Notes under the pieces: generated by a model
Seen by the model: only the letters and a program-made list of their open reading frames with translations
The model's database searches: none
What the model was told of the DNA's origin: nothing
Assembly: GCF_964204645.1 (NCBI RefSeq)
Contig: NC_134028.1
Location: 7,750,001 to 7,814,000 of the forward strand
Direction of reading: 5' to 3'
From: Tubulanus polymorphus
Lineage: Eukaryota; Animalia; Nemertea
Length of the DNA stretch: 64,000 bases
Translations under genes and position numbers: made by a program
Shown: in pieces, positions 25,657 through 38,096 of the stretch
How positions within the stretch are numbered: the stretch's first letter is position 1
Layout: each line of letters begins with the position of its first letter

Positions 25657-28600
25657 TGCCCGCTGACCATGAAGCGAATGCAACAGAAACAGACGTTGAA
25701 GAGCAGTTTTCACCTACACTTAAACCCTCCCTTGATCTAGACCTTCCTTCATATCCAGTCACTATTACTCCGCCTGAAGGACACTCCCCTATTCAAGAAA
25801 AATCTCCTGATATATCTCCTGTACACACTCAATGTCGTGTGGTCGGTAAAGTTAAAATAGCTGTTGGGGTTTCTCCGACTGATTTTATTCTTGAGGAAGA
25901 GCCTGAATATTTATCCTCTGAATTCAGCCAGTCATATACCGAACAAAGCCCGGATCAAAGTACTGATTATACAGAACAATCATTTGCAATACCTGTTGTT
26001 AAGGATGAAGGTGTTCAAAATGAAACTTCGGACAATACATCAGTCTCCCGTAGAGAATTTCTTTCTTTTGATAATATGGCTTTTGAAGGCCGCGAGACCG
26101 TCGACTTAAAGGCAGATACAGATTCACCTCTGATCACCCCCTCAACATTGGAATCTGTTGGACATAGCAGCACAGAAAAGGCCACTAGTCCTGAATTTCG
26201 TTCGGATCTAAGTACAGCAGATGACAAATCTCAAATTACAAGACAACAGCCTTTAGAAATTTCATCGCCAACGGATGAAAAAGAAACGAATCTGTTAGAG
26301 CTTTCGGTATCTGACTCACCCACCGGTTCCTCCCCTGATGCTCTGCCTGAGCCAGCTGAACCTTTGGAGACTATTCCTGAAACACAGTCTTTACTTGTTG
26401 AACAATCACGAGACAGTAATGTTGAATTAACGAGTTCCAGTAAAGGTAGGATCACAAGACAAGTATCTGAACCGCATGAAGACATTATGAAATCTTATGA
26501 AGCCACTGTTATTGAGAGCATCCTTGTAAGCCGTTCACATGAACCTTCATCTGATCATTCACACCATGCAAAAACCGCTTTCAGAATAGGTTCAACTGAA
26601 TATGTTTCATCTGAAGCTGAAGAATACCAGGATGATGATTTTGTCCAAACTGAATTATTACCAACAGCAGACCCACATACAACAGTTATTGTGTCAGAAA
26701 ATTCAGATGACAGTTCCCCTGAATGCTCTAAAGTTACACATGGCGGGGAGCCACTGAAAATGGTATCCGCATCACAACAAGCTAGAGAAGAAAGGGAGGA
26801 ACGACCTCCATTGCTTCGAGAAATATCTGAAGAAGATCGAACACAGTCTGGCTCATTTGACTCAGAAGACCTACGAACTGATGAGGAAACACTAAGAGAA
26901 ATGCAGAAAGAGCTGAAAGAAACATGTAATATGCAATCATCCATTCCTATAGATGTTGAAGTAGAAGATGAAGAGGGAAGTAAAACTCCTGTTATGGATG
27001 AAATTGCTTCAGAAGCTGAAATAGAATTAGAGACGGTGTCTGAATCGATAATATCCCATGCTATACCAGCACAGACTTCTAAAACTGGTGAAACAACAAA
27101 GCCTCGGGTGGCAGCTTCTGAAGAAATCACATCTTCATCTTCATCTGAGGATCAACGTGAACCAACTCTATTAGCTGCTACTTATGACCTCGACTCTGGC
27201 CATGTGTCGCGTGTGGTTGAAACGTTTGATATTTCGCCAGACAGCGTTGATAAGAAAGTAGCAGTCGCCGCAGTGCCAAAAGCCATACTGTCAAGTCCTG
27301 AAGATGAAGTTTTTGAACCAGAACCAGAACGCCACTCTTTACAACCACCTGTCATCCAAGAAGTTGAATCTGAAGGTGATACTGACTTTTCCGACACAAC
27401 TGAAACGGGTCTATCGGCCCCTGTCGTTGTAGATTCTGCATCATCTTCTCAAATCTGCCAAGAAGTGGCAGAAAGTTTACCTGTGGCATTAGATGAAGAT
27501 ACTTTTGAAATTATCACAGATGATGATCTGACTGGTTATGAGCAGTATGAAATCTCTGTAATATCTGCAGCTGCTGAACCATTTGTGGAAGTAGCCCCAG
27601 ATACACACGATGACTCATCCCCATCATTTGAACCATCTCCAATAAGTAGTAGTGAGCAATCAGCTCCTATCTCACCTTTCCCACTTTTTACATCATCAGT
27701 TATTGAACAGACTGTTGAACCAGCTCATCAATCTTATTCAGCAATGGAGGAAGAAATACTCCCAATTCCAGATATCCCAAGTGAGCAATCTTATATGCAT
27801 GCTAATGGACCTACTGAGGTAGATTATTCGCCAGAAGAAGTTTCTAGGGAGATTGTTACTGTTAATCAATCTGAAATTGAAACTGACGATCGATCATCTC
27901 AGAATCAGGATGAAATAATTGCAGGATTACAAGATGCCATGCTTGAAAGTACAGTTTCCACCCTTGAAAGTTCAACAAGTAGTTGGACAGAAGTGACGCA
28001 TGCTGAAGTACATCATGATGCTACGCATGTAACTGAAGTTATCATCTCTGATTTTCACCATGATCACCAACATGGAACTCTGTTGGAGGAGACAGCTGAA
28101 TCTGATGCTCAAACACTTATTCATTCAGATGCGTTAGTTGAATTATCATCAGATCTAGCTGATGATGAACCAACTGTTATGACTGAATCAATGATTGAAG
28201 ATTTGTCCGTGCCAACCACTTCTGATCGCATGGCATCATCAGATGCAACTTTATATGGTTTAGAGATGCCAACAGAAGAACTGACTGTATCTGTCGAAGC
28301 AATTAAAGAGGAAAGTTCGGATGACGATCAAATAGTTAATGTAGCATCAATTATTGTCACAAATGTTGTTCAAGAAGGCGTCGCTTCTGTAAAAGAGCAA
28401 ATGGAAGTTGAAGAAGCTGCTGAAATCATGGCAGCTGAAGTCATTTCTGCTGCTGTACAACATGACATTGAGACAAAAACTGACAATATTGATAACTTGG
28501 AAATATTTGGTGAAGCAGCTCTGGATGATGAAAAATATGCTCAAGTAATTGACCCATTGAAATCCCGTGCACCTCCTAGTTGTCCCAGTGATGAGGACAG

Positions 28601-31600
28601 TGGTGATGACCAGCAAGATGTTGCTGACTTCTTAGGAATGCAACAAATTCAGCAGAGACAGGAAGAAAAAGAATCTCTTCTTCAACGAGCTGAATCGCCT
28701 GATTCGGAAATGCCATTAGATCGATCCACAGATATGCCTTCATCTTTGGCACCTATTCTCATTTATGACAGTACAACCCCTGTTGATATGGAGAAAGAAG
28801 ATACTACTCCTAAATCTCCTGATCGGCCCATATCCCCTGACTCTGAGTTCCCAATTGAATCAGTTACTCAGACTGCCGATGATCAACTTCTTGGCTATGC
28901 TGGAATTCTTGAATCTGAACCTGCAGTTGAACTTGAAGATGAACTGTTAGAACCACCTGAACCAGAACTTATTCAACTAGTTGAAAGTAGACCCGAATCT
29001 GAAATGAGAGAATTTGAAGATCAGAGACCCATTTCGCAAGATTCCGCTCGACCAGACTCAGATATGAGGGATTCCAGTGGTTCCAGGACAGATTCTCAGT
29101 TGCGCGAATTGCGTAGTTCTGATGATGATCGCTTTGAACCCATGACCGACATTCCTGATTTAGAGAGACCTTTATCTCCTATTCCAGACAATTCATATTT
29201 GATTGAAGATGAGGATGATGATACCACTGATAAAACTTTCCAATTTGATGAGGCAGAGCAAGATGATCATTTAGAACTGACGGCAGCTAAGTTTGTTCAT
29301 GAGGTAATAGAACAAGCCCATTCTAAAGCGTCTGATATTACAGATGACCAGCAAGATCAAGAGGATAAGCCTAGTGATCAGAAGGAGGAACCGGAGGATA
29401 ACTATGTGAGTGAAAAGGATGACAAATATGTAGAGCATGAGGTACATCGTGATCAACCTCCTTCACCAGGGGAAACTACTGAAACTGAGGCTGTAACAAC
29501 AGCAGTCGAAGTAAGACAGGTAAAGATGCAGTATGAAGTTGAAACAACTGTGACTATCCCTTCAGAAGTTGTTTCACAATATTCAGAGCAATTAGCTGAA
29601 TCGGTAGAGCATATAGATGATGGCCAATTAGCTGAAGATATCCCTGAGATAACTGTCACTCAACATTTGCATAAGGAGACATTACAAGAAGATTATCCAA
29701 CATCGTATTACACAATGGTAGATGAAGATGTTGAAAAAGAAACTACTAAACCCATACAAGGAGTGGAGCAAGTTGAAGCTTTAGATGAAGATGAGAAATC
29801 CGATGAGGATACAGGACTTGCGATAATTCCAGCCAGTACAGAAAGAATTGAACGCGACCTTCACACCAGTAGTGGACGGTCTACGATTGAAGGTCCATTA
29901 CCTGACCAATCTGTTCAGCAATCAATTCAACCCAGTCATCAGTCAACAGATGGTGGCATGCCTGATTCATCACAGACACTTTCAGATATTTCAATCGGAT
30001 TAATGCATCATCCTGAAGTAGTCCCAGAAGAGCCTCAAGATAAGATCAATATGACAGAAACGCAATTTAGGATAGAAGTTCATCGAGGTGTTCCAGAGAC
30101 AGAACCCAGTCCAGAGAGAGATGTCCAGTCACCCGGTGTCATTGCGTATAGAGATGATGATGTTGATGCTCAAGATATGCAACCATCTGATGATGATGAC
30201 GATGATGATGATGATCAACCAGTATCTGATGAAGAGATTCGCCAGGCAGGTGAGTTCCTTGACACTGGTCTTGACGAAATACCTGAAGAATCATCCGATC
30301 AAGAATCACCCATCAGTCCACATCAGTTGTTAAATGAAATGACTCTTAGCACTATAATGGAATGCTCAAGTTCTCAGGAAAGTAGTCCAAAGGATAATGA
30401 CAAAGACTCTGATAGTGAAACTGATGAGCTGGTACAGCGAATGAGCATTGTCACTGATCCTGGAATGTTGCAAAGTCCTGATGATCATGGTGACTCGTCT
30501 AGTGTTGACAGCTTCACCACAGTCGTTGCTGCTGAACAGGAAGACGAGGAAGAAGATAGAATGGCCGACTTTGCTTCCATGACCTCATCATTTCATTCCG
30601 ACCATCCTGATCATTTTGAGGAACAGCCACAACCTGTATTCAGTATTGATGTACGGGACAAAGATGTCCTGACGCCTGAATCATCCTCTAATGGTAGTGA
30701 AAAATTCGAATTCATTGAGAAATCTGATATAGACTCCCCAGTTCTGGTTGAAAAGAAATTTTGCACCATTCAAAAAGAAGACATAGAATCACCACAATCT
30801 GACCAGGGTAGATCCTTCCCCGGGGTTCATTCACCAATAGCACGTGGAGAACTATTTAGTCGAATGGGTGACCCTGACAACATCTCTTTGGCTTCATCGG
30901 TCCCATCATCTTTGGCTGAATTTGAACAAATTGAAAGAGAAATTGATATACTAGGCACATTCCCGAAAATTGGTAATAGCAAGAGTGGAGAACGAGATGA
31001 TGTGTCAATTTCATCATCTTTAGCTGAATTTGAGAGACTGGAGTCTGAAATTCAAACTGGCTCTTCTAACGAGAAAATAACTCCTGAGAGTCAGAGTAGT
31101 GCTGGTGGTGGTTCTCTATCATCATTAGCAGAATTTGAACTTATTGAAAAAGATATTGAGGAAAATCGAAGGGGGTCCTTAGATGGGAAACCACTAACAA
31201 AAACATCTCAGTGTTCATCTATGTCCTCATTACGAGAATTCGAACAAATTGAACAAGCCTTGATTTCTGAGGAGGTAGAAAGTGAAGCTCAGAGAATTGT
31301 GACAATGCTAGAATCAGGTGAGTTGCCTGCGCCGATTCATAGTTCGAGTCCTCCGTCAAAAGCAGCCTCAATTACAGATTTAGAAAAACCCTCTGGTGAA
31401 GGAAAAGATCAAGTTGAGGGGGTGGATCCAGACAGTATAGGCGAAGATTCAGAATCTGGTTCACATGAAATAGAAAAAATTATTCAACAGGCATCATTGA
31501 ATGTGGAGAGTTTTCAGGATGTTAGTGATGGACGTTTGACTGCTAAGAGTGATGATGTAGACTCATTAGATGGAGACCCTGATCCAATATCTGTTGTGGC

Positions 31601-32927
31601 AATGGCGGATTATGCTGCTGCCCAACAGGCTGTTAGTAAATTAGATGTAGATCACGACATTGATGCTGATTCCTTACAGGGACAGGATGATATTGAAAGT
31701 GACAAAAGTAAGTCTGAATCGGTTCCAACTGCTGCTATGCAATCATCGGCTGATTCTATCGATGGTAGCAAACAGTTCCCTGATGATAAAATGTCTAAAT
31801 CAGGTGATTCATCCAGTGATAAACCTGGTTTGACTGTTGTGATTATTCCACTCGAAAAACCTTCCTATACCATGGAGTCATCAGTTGACTCTTTGACTGA
31901 TGTTAAATCTAATGTCATGGAGTCTTCAGTTGACTCACTGACTGGTGAAAAACCGACAGACGATGTCATGGCTGTTTCAGTTGATTCGCTGACTGGTCCC
32001 TCATATCCTGAAGTAATGGTTGCTTCTGCAGATTCATTGACGGGTGAAAAACCAGTCAGTGATGTCATGATGACTAGTACTGACTCGCTTAGCGACCAAG
32101 TTGTTCCTGGTGTCATGGAAGCTTCTACAGATTCATTGACTTTGCATAGAGGTGCAAATGTGATGGAAGCATCCACTGATTCACTTGAACAGCCTGCTGA
32201 GGCTGAAATGGCTGATTGTTTCGAAACGGATTCTTTACAAGGAGGTGATGAAATGCAAATGTCCGCTGAATCTTTTGATTTTGAGCCTCCCATGACAACA
32301 ACATCTGTTGATATTCAACGCGATAATATAATGTTCATGTCAGTCGAGTCTGGTGCCTGGAGTCAGACAAGTTCTACTTACTCAGATGAAACAATCAAAT
32401 CATCTGCGACAGGTACAAGTGAAATTATGCAAATGTCAATGGAAGAGTTTCCGGGGCATCTAGAACAAATAAAAGAGACAAACGAATACACTGAGTCTAT
32501 GACAAGCCAACAGGTAATGCAAATGCATCATGTTCACATGGATCAGGGCATTAGATCATTTTCAGAATTAGATTATCCCCAAAAATCAAATCCATTTGAT
32601 AAAGAGGGAAATTATTCAAAAGAAAGCTCATTTTCTAGTTCAGTAACATCCCATTCCCATTCAAAATCTTACTCACATTCCGTAACAACAAAATACCAAG
32701 ACTTTAGCAGGTTAACAACGTATTCCGAAAGGCAAACAAGTCTGGAATCTAACCAGCCAATGGAAGATCGTGAAGATATGGCTCTAACCTTTTCTAAGAA
32801 ATTACCCTCACCACCTGAATCGTCCCCGTCCTCTGAATCTGCTCACTCTGATGATTGCTACTGCGCCTACGAACAACAAACATCTGAAGGAGGTAGTGAT
32901 ACCCAGCATGCATTCACTGTGTACTAA
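25657..32927 (+). CDS. Ank2: Giant terminal exon C (XL-type, ~2423 aa, ends HAFTVY-stop)
   Basis: Acceptor tttttaatgtcAG in phase 1. 2425-aa non-repetitive acidic ORF with 4x SLxEFExIE/LE (30909-31260), a DSL repeat series (31550-32280) and SSSVDSFTTVV. AATAAA at 33336 and 34198. Confidence 0.8.
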
Positions 32928-34642
32928 CTGATCAGTTTTTTTGTTCATTTTTCGTACTTCAACTTAGTTGCAGGTTATGTTGTTTTGCCAATTCAGTGTT
33001 CCTTTCAGGTTTCATTGCATTCTCTGCTTCACACACCTTGTGTTGTCTTTCGTCTTGTTTTTCTACATTACTAATTATTCGTGCAGTTTTAATGAACTTT
33101 CAGACGTAATATTGTTGCTCGCACAGCCGCACGTTCCAGTACTGCTGTAGCCGATTAGAAAATGAGATGACGGAACATTGGCTGACCATGACTACTTGCT
33201 ACGTTAGAGATGCATCATCACTTTTAAAAATATGATTCATATCAATATCTTCGTTGGTGAGATGTCAAAATAGCAAAATAGGGGATTTTGAAATATTGTA
33301 TCAAGCGATCACCCATTTTCATTATTTATCACAATAATAAACTTGTTTAATCTTTGAGAATCTTTTATCCTATTTTAATCTGAAAACATTTTTCCAACAA
33401 GCTATATCCTCCAATAACCTGGTGTCACCCAGATATTGGCAATGAAACAGACACGTAAGCAGCTTTGCCGTTTGACACTTACTTTCGATATGTTGACAAT
33501 ACAAAAATGAATTCCAGGTTTTGGAAGGTATGCTTTTAACAGGTGACTCAAGTCTCCATAGAACTGGTGTTTACCCAGGTATTGGTATACATAACGAGCA
33601 CTTACAAAACTAGTGATCCACCATTGGTAACTTCATCCTTACCAGAAGCGCTGTCACTTTCAAATGTAGTCAGTTTAAGCAGTACTGGAACGTGATTGGT
33701 CAGTTCTTCCTGCATGCCCTGTTGTCACGGCCTTTTCGATGTATTTTATGGTCTCAGTTTTCTGATTTAGTTCACACTCACTGCCCCTACAATACACCAC
33801 AAGGATTTTAACGGATTGTCCAGTGCCAATTATGAACACCTAAGATGGTTTCGACAACTTCCCTCAGTCAGTCTTGCTATTAAATTTAGCAATTGTTCTA
33901 CGCTATAACATCGAATTAGTTGTTGTCTTCATCTTCAGTTTCTGAATTGTGTGAAAAGCTTTTTCGAACGACTTTATGTTTCATATCTTTCATATACATG
34001 TTCATGTATATGTAATGATAAATTTACAGAATATGATAAAATTGTTAGATTGTATTTTGTTGAGTATTGCTTTCTTAAATTCATTTCAAAGCTTGAATTA
34101 TTTTGGACCGGGTAGGTGTCAGTTAATGTCACCATTCCCTTGATATTTTGACCACAAATTCAGAAATCTTTGGTGTTTCCATCTGGTGGAAAGTTATAAT
34201 AAAGATCATCTCATATGAATTCGTAATCAATTAGGATAAGGACGCTGAACTCTGAATCAGCATTTTTTTATTCGTCACTTTTGCTATTATTTTGCCTTAC
34301 GCTGTGTGTGATAGAATTGTTTAAATGTTTTTTTCGTTGATTTCATCAGTGCCTTCAATTTTATTCGTATTTTTTTTAAATATCTGAATTCGAAAAAGTT
34401 GCAGTAACCGTCAGGTTAAAAGTTGGACATTGCTTTAAACATAAAATATGAATAACTAACGTTTCATTAACTGAAATATTGAAAAATTGATAATCAGCAG
34501 TAAAAAGTTATCCGTATTATTTATAACGTTTTGTTATTGACATTAGCAGAAATTCATGAATACTAATGAATTGTTGGATTATTGTTATTATCACTGTCTT
34601 TATGATTGTATATTTTACTGATTTGTTGGTTGTCATTTTCAG

Positions 34643-34693
34643 AACTAGCGAAACAAGAACAAGCCTGTGCAGAAGCAGCAGCCCTGAAAAAAG
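34643..34693 (+). CDS. 51-nt exon, phase 1-1 (ELAKQEQACAEAAALKK), used when exon C is skipped
   Basis: gtcattttcAG acceptor, AAAG|GTTTCT donor; frame-preserving. Confidence 0.6.
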
Positions 34694-35514
34694 GTTTCTA
34701 AACAATGTTGTCTAGTTTCTGTTGCTTCAGTAATTTGTATCCCAGTGTCATACTTGAATATATAGTCATATAGTAAAGGCTAGATTTTCACAAAGTTTTT
34801 GTTGTAAATTGTAATGGGACTAAATTTCTTTCACAGTAAATCTTTTATTTCGTTAAGATTATTTATTTCGAAATTACTGATTTAGCTTCAAATGATTATG
34901 TAGTTGGCTGTTCAAATTTCATTTTATATACAATGGTGGTTTTTTCATACTCAGTTGCAATATTGAAATACGTTAAATAGCCTGATTGGTCATTGTTAAT
35001 GATTAGTAGTGCGATAAGTTTTAAGTTGGTATTTTGAGTACGGGCGAATTTTTCTATCAGGAGTCTTCATTTGGATGTCTTCCCATGCAGGGATTATGAT
35101 ATCGCATCGCAGAGTCGCCAGGGTGTGTGTGAGGATCAAATCCTTGCGATAGGGATTGGATTAATGATAGTTTCCATGCTGTGATGATGGTTGCTATCTT
35201 TTTTCAGTACGCCATCAGGAACGCATGCAACGTTATGAATCAATAGATGATGATGGCGTGGCAGAATTTGATATGAACGAGCACTTAGAGGATTTAGGTC
35301 ACGGTATTCCAGATTATTATGGTAAACCATGAATATTAACGACCGCTACTATCTTGACAAAAAAATAGAGTCAATATCAAGTGGGGCAGCTAGCTCGTTT
35401 ACCTTGGATAATACAGATTTGGACAAGAATTATTCGGTGTTAGTTTCAAATATACTATGAACTCGAAACGTTCTCTGAGTTTTCAGCAATTTCCCTTATT
35501 TTGTACACATGCAG

Positions 35515-35613
35515 CTCGTCAAATTGGACCGCAATTTATGCACACCGAAAATTATACTGATTCTGAAGAAGATGAGGTCATGGACTACATGAAACCACTC
35601 CTGAAAAAAACAG
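35515..35613 (+). CDS. 99-nt exon, phase 1-1 (ARQIGPQFMHTENYTDSEEDEVMDYMKPLLKKT)
   Basis: catgcAG acceptor, ACAG|GTGGCG donor; open acidic frame. Confidence 0.55.
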
Positions 35614-36349
35614 GTGGCGAGTGTAGTTGAGAATGCACAGTTTTTCAGGGTTTTGAGTTTCTCCGTCCTTCAAACGTTCTTTACATATTGAATGCACGGA
35701 TCAGAAAAAAAATCCTGATTATTGACTGTGCTCCTACTACAAACGTGTTGTCTAGTATGCACAATTTAACCTTGTCTCTGACTGAGTCCTCCCCAACACA
35801 TTCCAGACTATAGCTCCTTACAGTTCACTCATTCATATTCTGATGAACTCCACTCAACCACTTCCCTTTTACTAGCTATATTAGCGTAGATCTTATTTAT
35901 TTCATGAATTACGGATAATTGGTGTACAAATAATTGAATATCGATTGTATTCTTATAGTGTAAGTTTCTTAGCTCCTCTGTACTTCAAATACGAGTGTTC
36001 ATATGTTTCTGTCGCGTATCACATCATTAATTCATGTTTTATTTCATTTACCATATTTGTATTTTCATTTTAAAGAGTATCAGTGTTTGGGGTGGCATTT
36101 TATTCCATCGATGTTTGCAACCTTATGAATTATGTGTCACTTTTATTTTGTGGATGTTATCAGTGTGAAAGTATTTTTGCTATAAGGCGACGACGTTAGG
36201 AAGGTGGTGTGAAACACTAAGGTTTATCATTGGTGCTAAAAGAGTCGATGCATTTATTCGGTTCAGTTGATATATAGTGGGAATATAGTCAGTATAGTCA
36301 TACCATGCAATATTAACGGGTTTTTCTTCTTTTTTTTCATTTATCGCAG

Positions 36350-36386
36350 ATGAAGAAGCTGTTGCCGGAGAAACAGAAACAACTCA
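36350..36386 (+). CDS. 37-nt exon, phase 1-2 (DEEAVAGETETT)
   Basis: Very strong polypyrimidine tract ending tcgcAG; consensus donor CA|GTAAGT; bridges the phase-1 exons to the phase-2 last exon. Confidence 0.75.
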
Positions 36387-36918
36387 GTAAGTAGACTACG
36401 AAACTCATCTATAGAATGCTACAAAACACGTTTATTCAATATCCGAAATGTCAGATGATTTTTGCACTCGGTTTCGATATCAATAACCTAGTTTTACTAA
36501 CTATTCACGACGACTCGGGTCCACAATTGTGAGTTCATTTTTATCCCGAAGTCAATTGTTAATCCACAATTGTGGGACTGGCTCACGAATTCATGAAATG
36601 CTTGTTAGATTATACTCAAGTTTTGCAGCCAGTCTGGCTTTGATTAATCCTACGTTAATGATGTTTTCCTTCAACTTCTTGTAAATCATTCCGCGAATGC
36701 ATGTTGAATAGAACGGCTCAGTTTGGACTATCTTAGAAATGCAAACAAATGAACGATTGAAAATACAATAATCATCTTTCATTCCCATTGTCGTCTTTGG
36801 AAAGGCTTGCATACATGTAGCTTGCATCATAAGAAATTGTTGATTGAAATTAAACCGACAAGATCCTGTTCTTTTTTGTTTTCCCTAACCGAATTATTTT
36901 TTGTTTCATCCAATGCAG

Positions 36919-36951
36919 CATGCCAACAGAAACAGATATTTAAACCACCAA
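36919..36951 (+). CDS. 33-nt optional exon, phase 2-2, with in-frame stop (HMPTETDI-stop)
   Basis: T-rich tract ending caatgcAG; donor AA|GTAAGC; in the frame set by the preceding exon it reads C ATG CCA ACA GAA ACA GAT ATT TAA. Confidence 0.6.
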
Positions 36952-37215
36952 GTAAGCACTTTTTTATCTAATTGTTTCATTTTCATAAACTGTTCCGAAT
37001 AAAACCTACTGAAATGTAACGAGTTTAAAACCCCAACGCCTGATTATGGTCTCTTGAGAGTGAGTACGGTACGTTGTGTCTTTTGGTTTTAATTTCTTGA
37101 ATAATAGAATTTGCTTTTAATCTTATAAATTTTGTAGTGTGGGTTTTAAACTTATTATCTGTCCTCCACGCCAGAGTGTGGCTATTCTACCGTGAAATTT
37201 AATCATCAACTAATG

Positions 37216-37396
37216 TACAGTCGAAGTACGTTGTAATGCCACTGTTAGAACCAATGGAAAGCATTGCGTTGTAACGAAATTGGCGTTTAGAAAGATGGTA
37301 TCTAGTTAGATTGGGCAAACATGTTCTCTGAAAAATGTTGGCACTCAGCGAGCAGTGGCATTAAAAAGCATGGCATTGTAACAGACTTTGGATGTA
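37216..37396. mobile_element. Degenerate Tc1/pogo-like MITE (related partial copy at ~40235-40355)
   Basis: Imperfect TIRs TAcagtcgaagtacgttgtaatgcc / ggcattgtaacagactttggatgTA; internal sequence aligns by eye to 40255-40355. Confidence 0.45.
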
Positions 37397-37573
37397 TTAC
37401 ATATGCCATCTGGATCATCTCTTATCTATTTCATAAACCATCAGAGCTGATTTTCACCCTTCCCTTATTTGAGTGTTCAGTATTATATGAAGATACTAAC
37501 ATGACATTTCAATATGTGGGAAAAAATCTAGCCATCAGATTTTACTGACAAAGCAGTTATAAACATACATGTA

Positions 37574-37734
37574 CAGCTAGAACTCACTTCTTGGCTCACG
37601 GATGGCTAGGGACTGCCCAGATAATCGAATGAAAGTAAAATCCGAATAATGATTTATGTACATTGTTCCGGGTTTAATGGATTTATTATTTCGTCCGAAT
37701 TAATTGAAAAGTCCGAATTAAGCGAGTTCTACTG
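37574..37734. mobile_element. pogo/Tigger-like MITE with TA target duplication
   Basis: TA|cagctagaactcactt ... aagcgagttctactg|TA terminal inverted repeats. Confidence 0.55.
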
Positions 37735-37882
37735 TATTAGAACTTCACAAAGGCACCATTCAGAATCCATGAATACCTATTTATAGGTACCAAGTATTGT
37801 GAAATGCCTTCCCTGGAAGAGTGACATGACAAACCAAGGTCATTTTGTAGCTGAAAAAAAAATTTACGTTATTGGTTTTTAG

Positions 37883-38096
37883 TGTCAAGATGAAGAAAAA
37901 AGTACACAAGAAAACCGTTGTACGCGATGACGGCTGCGAAGAGACATACATCCATGAAGATACTCATATCAGTAGCGACAACGAAGGTCCAGACGAACTC
38001 CGTGACAGCATTCAAGAGATCATCGGAAACTTCATGGACACTAAAGGCGACTTTCGACAAGGCCAACAGTCGAACGATAACAATAAGACTCAATAA
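37883..38096 (+). CDS. Last coding exon of the short-tail isoform (VKMKKKVHKKTVVRDDGCEETYIHEDTHISSDNEGPDELRDSIQEIIGNFMDT...KTQ-stop)
   Basis: ggtttttAG acceptor in phase 2, matching the donor at 36386. Protein-like sequence resembling the invertebrate ankyrin C-terminal tail. Followed by AT-rich 3'UTR-like DNA. Confidence 0.75.

Larger units (their letters stand above)
1..38096 (+). other. Ank2: 3' portion of a giant ankyrin-like gene (Ank2/unc-44 type) with multiple giant and cassette exons; 5' part lies upstream of the window
   Basis: Chain of frame-compatible GT-AG exons (listed separately). Giant S/T/E/P-rich exons. The terminal giant exon carries repeated SLxEFExxE and DSL motifs, recalled from the C-terminal region of protostome giant ankyrins (Drosophila Ank2-XL, C. 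elegans UNC-44 long form). The last exon resembles the short invertebrate ankyrin C-terminal tail. No ankyrin repeats are visible here, so identity is inferred. Confidence 0.72.
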
